A stretch of 64,000 nt of DNA from positions 224,001 through 288,000 of the forward strand of contig CBDCTK010000002.1 in NCBI GenBank assembly GCA_965222225.1, read 5' to 3'. Shown in pieces: positions 62,171 through 64,000 of this stretch. The position numbers and the translations under genes were made by a program. This DNA comes from Candidatus Poribacteria bacterium. GTDB taxonomy: Bacteria > Poribacteria > WGA-4E > JAJDTR01. How positions within the stretch are numbered: the first letter of the stretch is position 1; every line of letters begins with the position of its first letter. The notes under the pieces are model-generated. The model searched no databases, was not told the origin of the DNA, and worked only from the letters and a program-made list of their open reading frames with translations.

Positions 62171-63073
62171 ATGGCTATACGTGAATCTGAAGAAATTAAG
62201 CTTGCTGTCCTGAACTGTGTTGCTGACGAGCAAGAATATCGCCAAAAATCAATCGTAGATGCGGTAGCGGATTACTTATCGCTTACGGACGAGGAAAGAA
62301 ACCGGCGAGTACGAACTGGAAACAGAGTATTTTATAATACCTGTATGACGGTAATAAACCGATTGAAGGAAACAGATTTGCTAGAACGCACGAGACGCGG
62401 ACATTACAAGATAACGCCCGATGGGCTCAAGTTTCTAAGGCAAAATCCAGCACCTCCCGCAGAGCCTGACCCCGTTGATGACGGAGTTGGTCCATCTCCT
62501 AACGAGGTTGAGGTTATTGATGACGGAATTTGTCTTACCGCTGAAGAGTGTATGGAAAAATGTTACCAGCAACTAAGATGTAAATTAGTTGCAGAGGTCC
62601 TTGAGAAAATAATAAAAAACTCCGCTAACTTTTTCGAAATATTAGTTCTTGACTTGCTCGTTCAGATGGGTTACGGAGGCTCTCGGGAAGATGTTGAGCA
62701 AGTTGGACGTAGTGGCGATGGAGGCATTGACGGTATCATTAACCAAGACAGGCTTGGACTTGATGCCGTCTATATTCAAGCAAAGCGCTGGCGAGAAAAT
62801 GTCCAACGCCGTCAAATTCAGGAGTTTGCGGGTGCCTTAGAGGGGCAACGAGCAAGGAAAGGAATCGTCATAACAACCTCCGATTTTTCAAGAGGGGCGC
62901 GAGAATACGTGAATACAATTAACTCCAAAATCGTACTCATTGACGGCCGTCAACTTGCGGAGTTTATGATCGATCATAACATTGGTGTTTCCACGGTGAA
63001 GACCTACGAAATCAAACGAGTGGATTCAGATTATTTCATTGAAACCGACGATTCACAAACACAGGACTCATAA
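62171..63073 (+). CDS. mrr: Mrr type IV restriction endonuclease
   Basis: N-terminal wHTH ([13 protein letters not shown]), [26 protein letters not shown]. Confidence 0.9.
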   Translation: MAIRESEEIKLAVLNCVADEQEYRQKSIVDAVADYLSLTDEERNRRVRTGNRVFYNTCMTVINRLKETDLLERTRRGHYKITPDGLKFLRQNPAPPAEPDPVDDGVGPSPNEVEVIDDGICLTAEECMEKCYQQLRCKLVAEVLEKIIKNSANFFEILVLDLLVQMGYGGSREDVEQVGRSGDGGIDGIINQDRLGLDAVYIQAKRWRENVQRRQIQEFAGALEGQRARKGIVITTSDFSRGAREYVNTINSKIVLIDGRQLAEFMIDHNIGVSTVKTYEIKRVDSDYFIETDDSQTQDS

Positions 63074-63084
63074 AAACTAACACC

Positions 63085-64000
63085 ATGAACACAAACCTAA
63101 ACGAACTCGAAAGACGCTTGTGGAGCGCCGCCGATGAACTCCGAGCCAACTCCAAACTCAAATCATCCGAATACTCCATCCCCGTATTGGGCTTGATTTT
63201 CTTGCGCTACGCAGACCACAAATTTACGCAGGCGGAGCAGCAGCTTGCAAGGGAGATGACCTCTAGCAGGCGGCGACGGGCAGACAAAACAGAATACCAA
63301 GCGCGCGGTGTCTTTTACCTCCCAAAGGAGGCGCGATTCGGGCACCTGTTGAATCTATCCGAGGATGAAAACATCGGTCAGGCGATTACCGATGCCATGA
63401 AGGCCATTGAGGCGGAGAACCAACAGGTGAATGGCGTCCTGCCCAAGACCTACAACCGCCTCGAAAAGAGCACGCTCATCGAACTGCTGCGTATCATGGA
63501 ACAGATTCCGATGGAGATTGAGGGCGACGCTTTCGGCAAGATTTACGAGTATTTTCTCGGCAACTTCGCCATGACCGAAGGCCAACGCGGCGGCGAATTC
63601 TTCACGCCGATCTCTCTCGTTAAGCTGATTGTCGAAATCATCGAGCCCTTCCAAGGACGAATCCTCGATCCCGCCTGCGCTCCGGGGGCATGTTCGTCCA
63701 GAGTGCCGAGTTTGTCCACAACCACAAAAAGAACGGCAACGGTCAAATCAGCATTCACGGCATTGAGCGCGTGGCGGAGACCATCAGGCTGTGCAAGATG
63801 AACCTTGCCGTTCACGGACTCGAAGGCGATATTCGACAAGCCAACAGCTATTACGAAGACCTGCACAAGTCATTGGGCAAGTTCGACTTCGTGATGGCGA
63901 ATCCTCCTTTCAACGTGGATCGCGTGGACAGAGAACGCATCAAGGATGATCCGCGATTCCCGTTCGGGATGCCGCGGGTGGACAATGCCAACTATCTGTG
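63085..64000 (+). pseudogene. hsdM: Type I R-M methyltransferase subunit M, frameshifted in motif I; runs off the window
   Basis: [27 protein letters not shown] 1-nt deletion near 63679 breaks DPACGSGGMF; the shifted frame continues to MNLAVHG and the ANPPF motif IV. Confidence 0.85.

Noticed and set aside
1-64000. CRISPR arrays, tRNA, rRNA or prophage genes
   Set aside because: No regularly spaced repeats, cloverleaf or rRNA-like sequence, or phage hallmark proteins were recognised by eye.

Overview
Bacterial chromosomal window whose content strongly suggests Candidatus Poribacteria (inferred, not verified): five PhyH-family dioxygenases, several TolB/PD40 propellers and a LamG protein sharing a C-terminal V-S-P/A-x5-T-T/I-W-G-x-L/I-K motif, and a GH36. 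Bases 1-19.7 kb are an accessory region of duplications and decay: three paralogous multi-TM proteins (one split by an IS982-like element), a duplicated convergent PhyH pair, DHDPS-family pseudogenes and a TolB-like cluster. The best candidate for an undescribed system is a duplicated cassette at 11.2-15.1 kb: a TolB-like propeller, a ~100-aa secreted precursor with a DNA-identical leader and an unrelated six-Cys core, then a conserved double-hairpin 3' element. In copy 1 an in-frame UGA sits at the second Cys position of a knottin-like C-C-CC-C-C pattern and is followed by a SECIS-like hairpin. The rest is mostly metabolic and housekeeping genes (mtnA, fusA paralog, nrdJ/nrdR, GT2 pair), a TPR / beta-barrel / ExbB / TonB-like cluster without ExbD, an IS701 element, and mrr beside a frameshifted type I hsdM at the right edge. 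All calls rest on reading the sequence and ORF translations; no searches were run.
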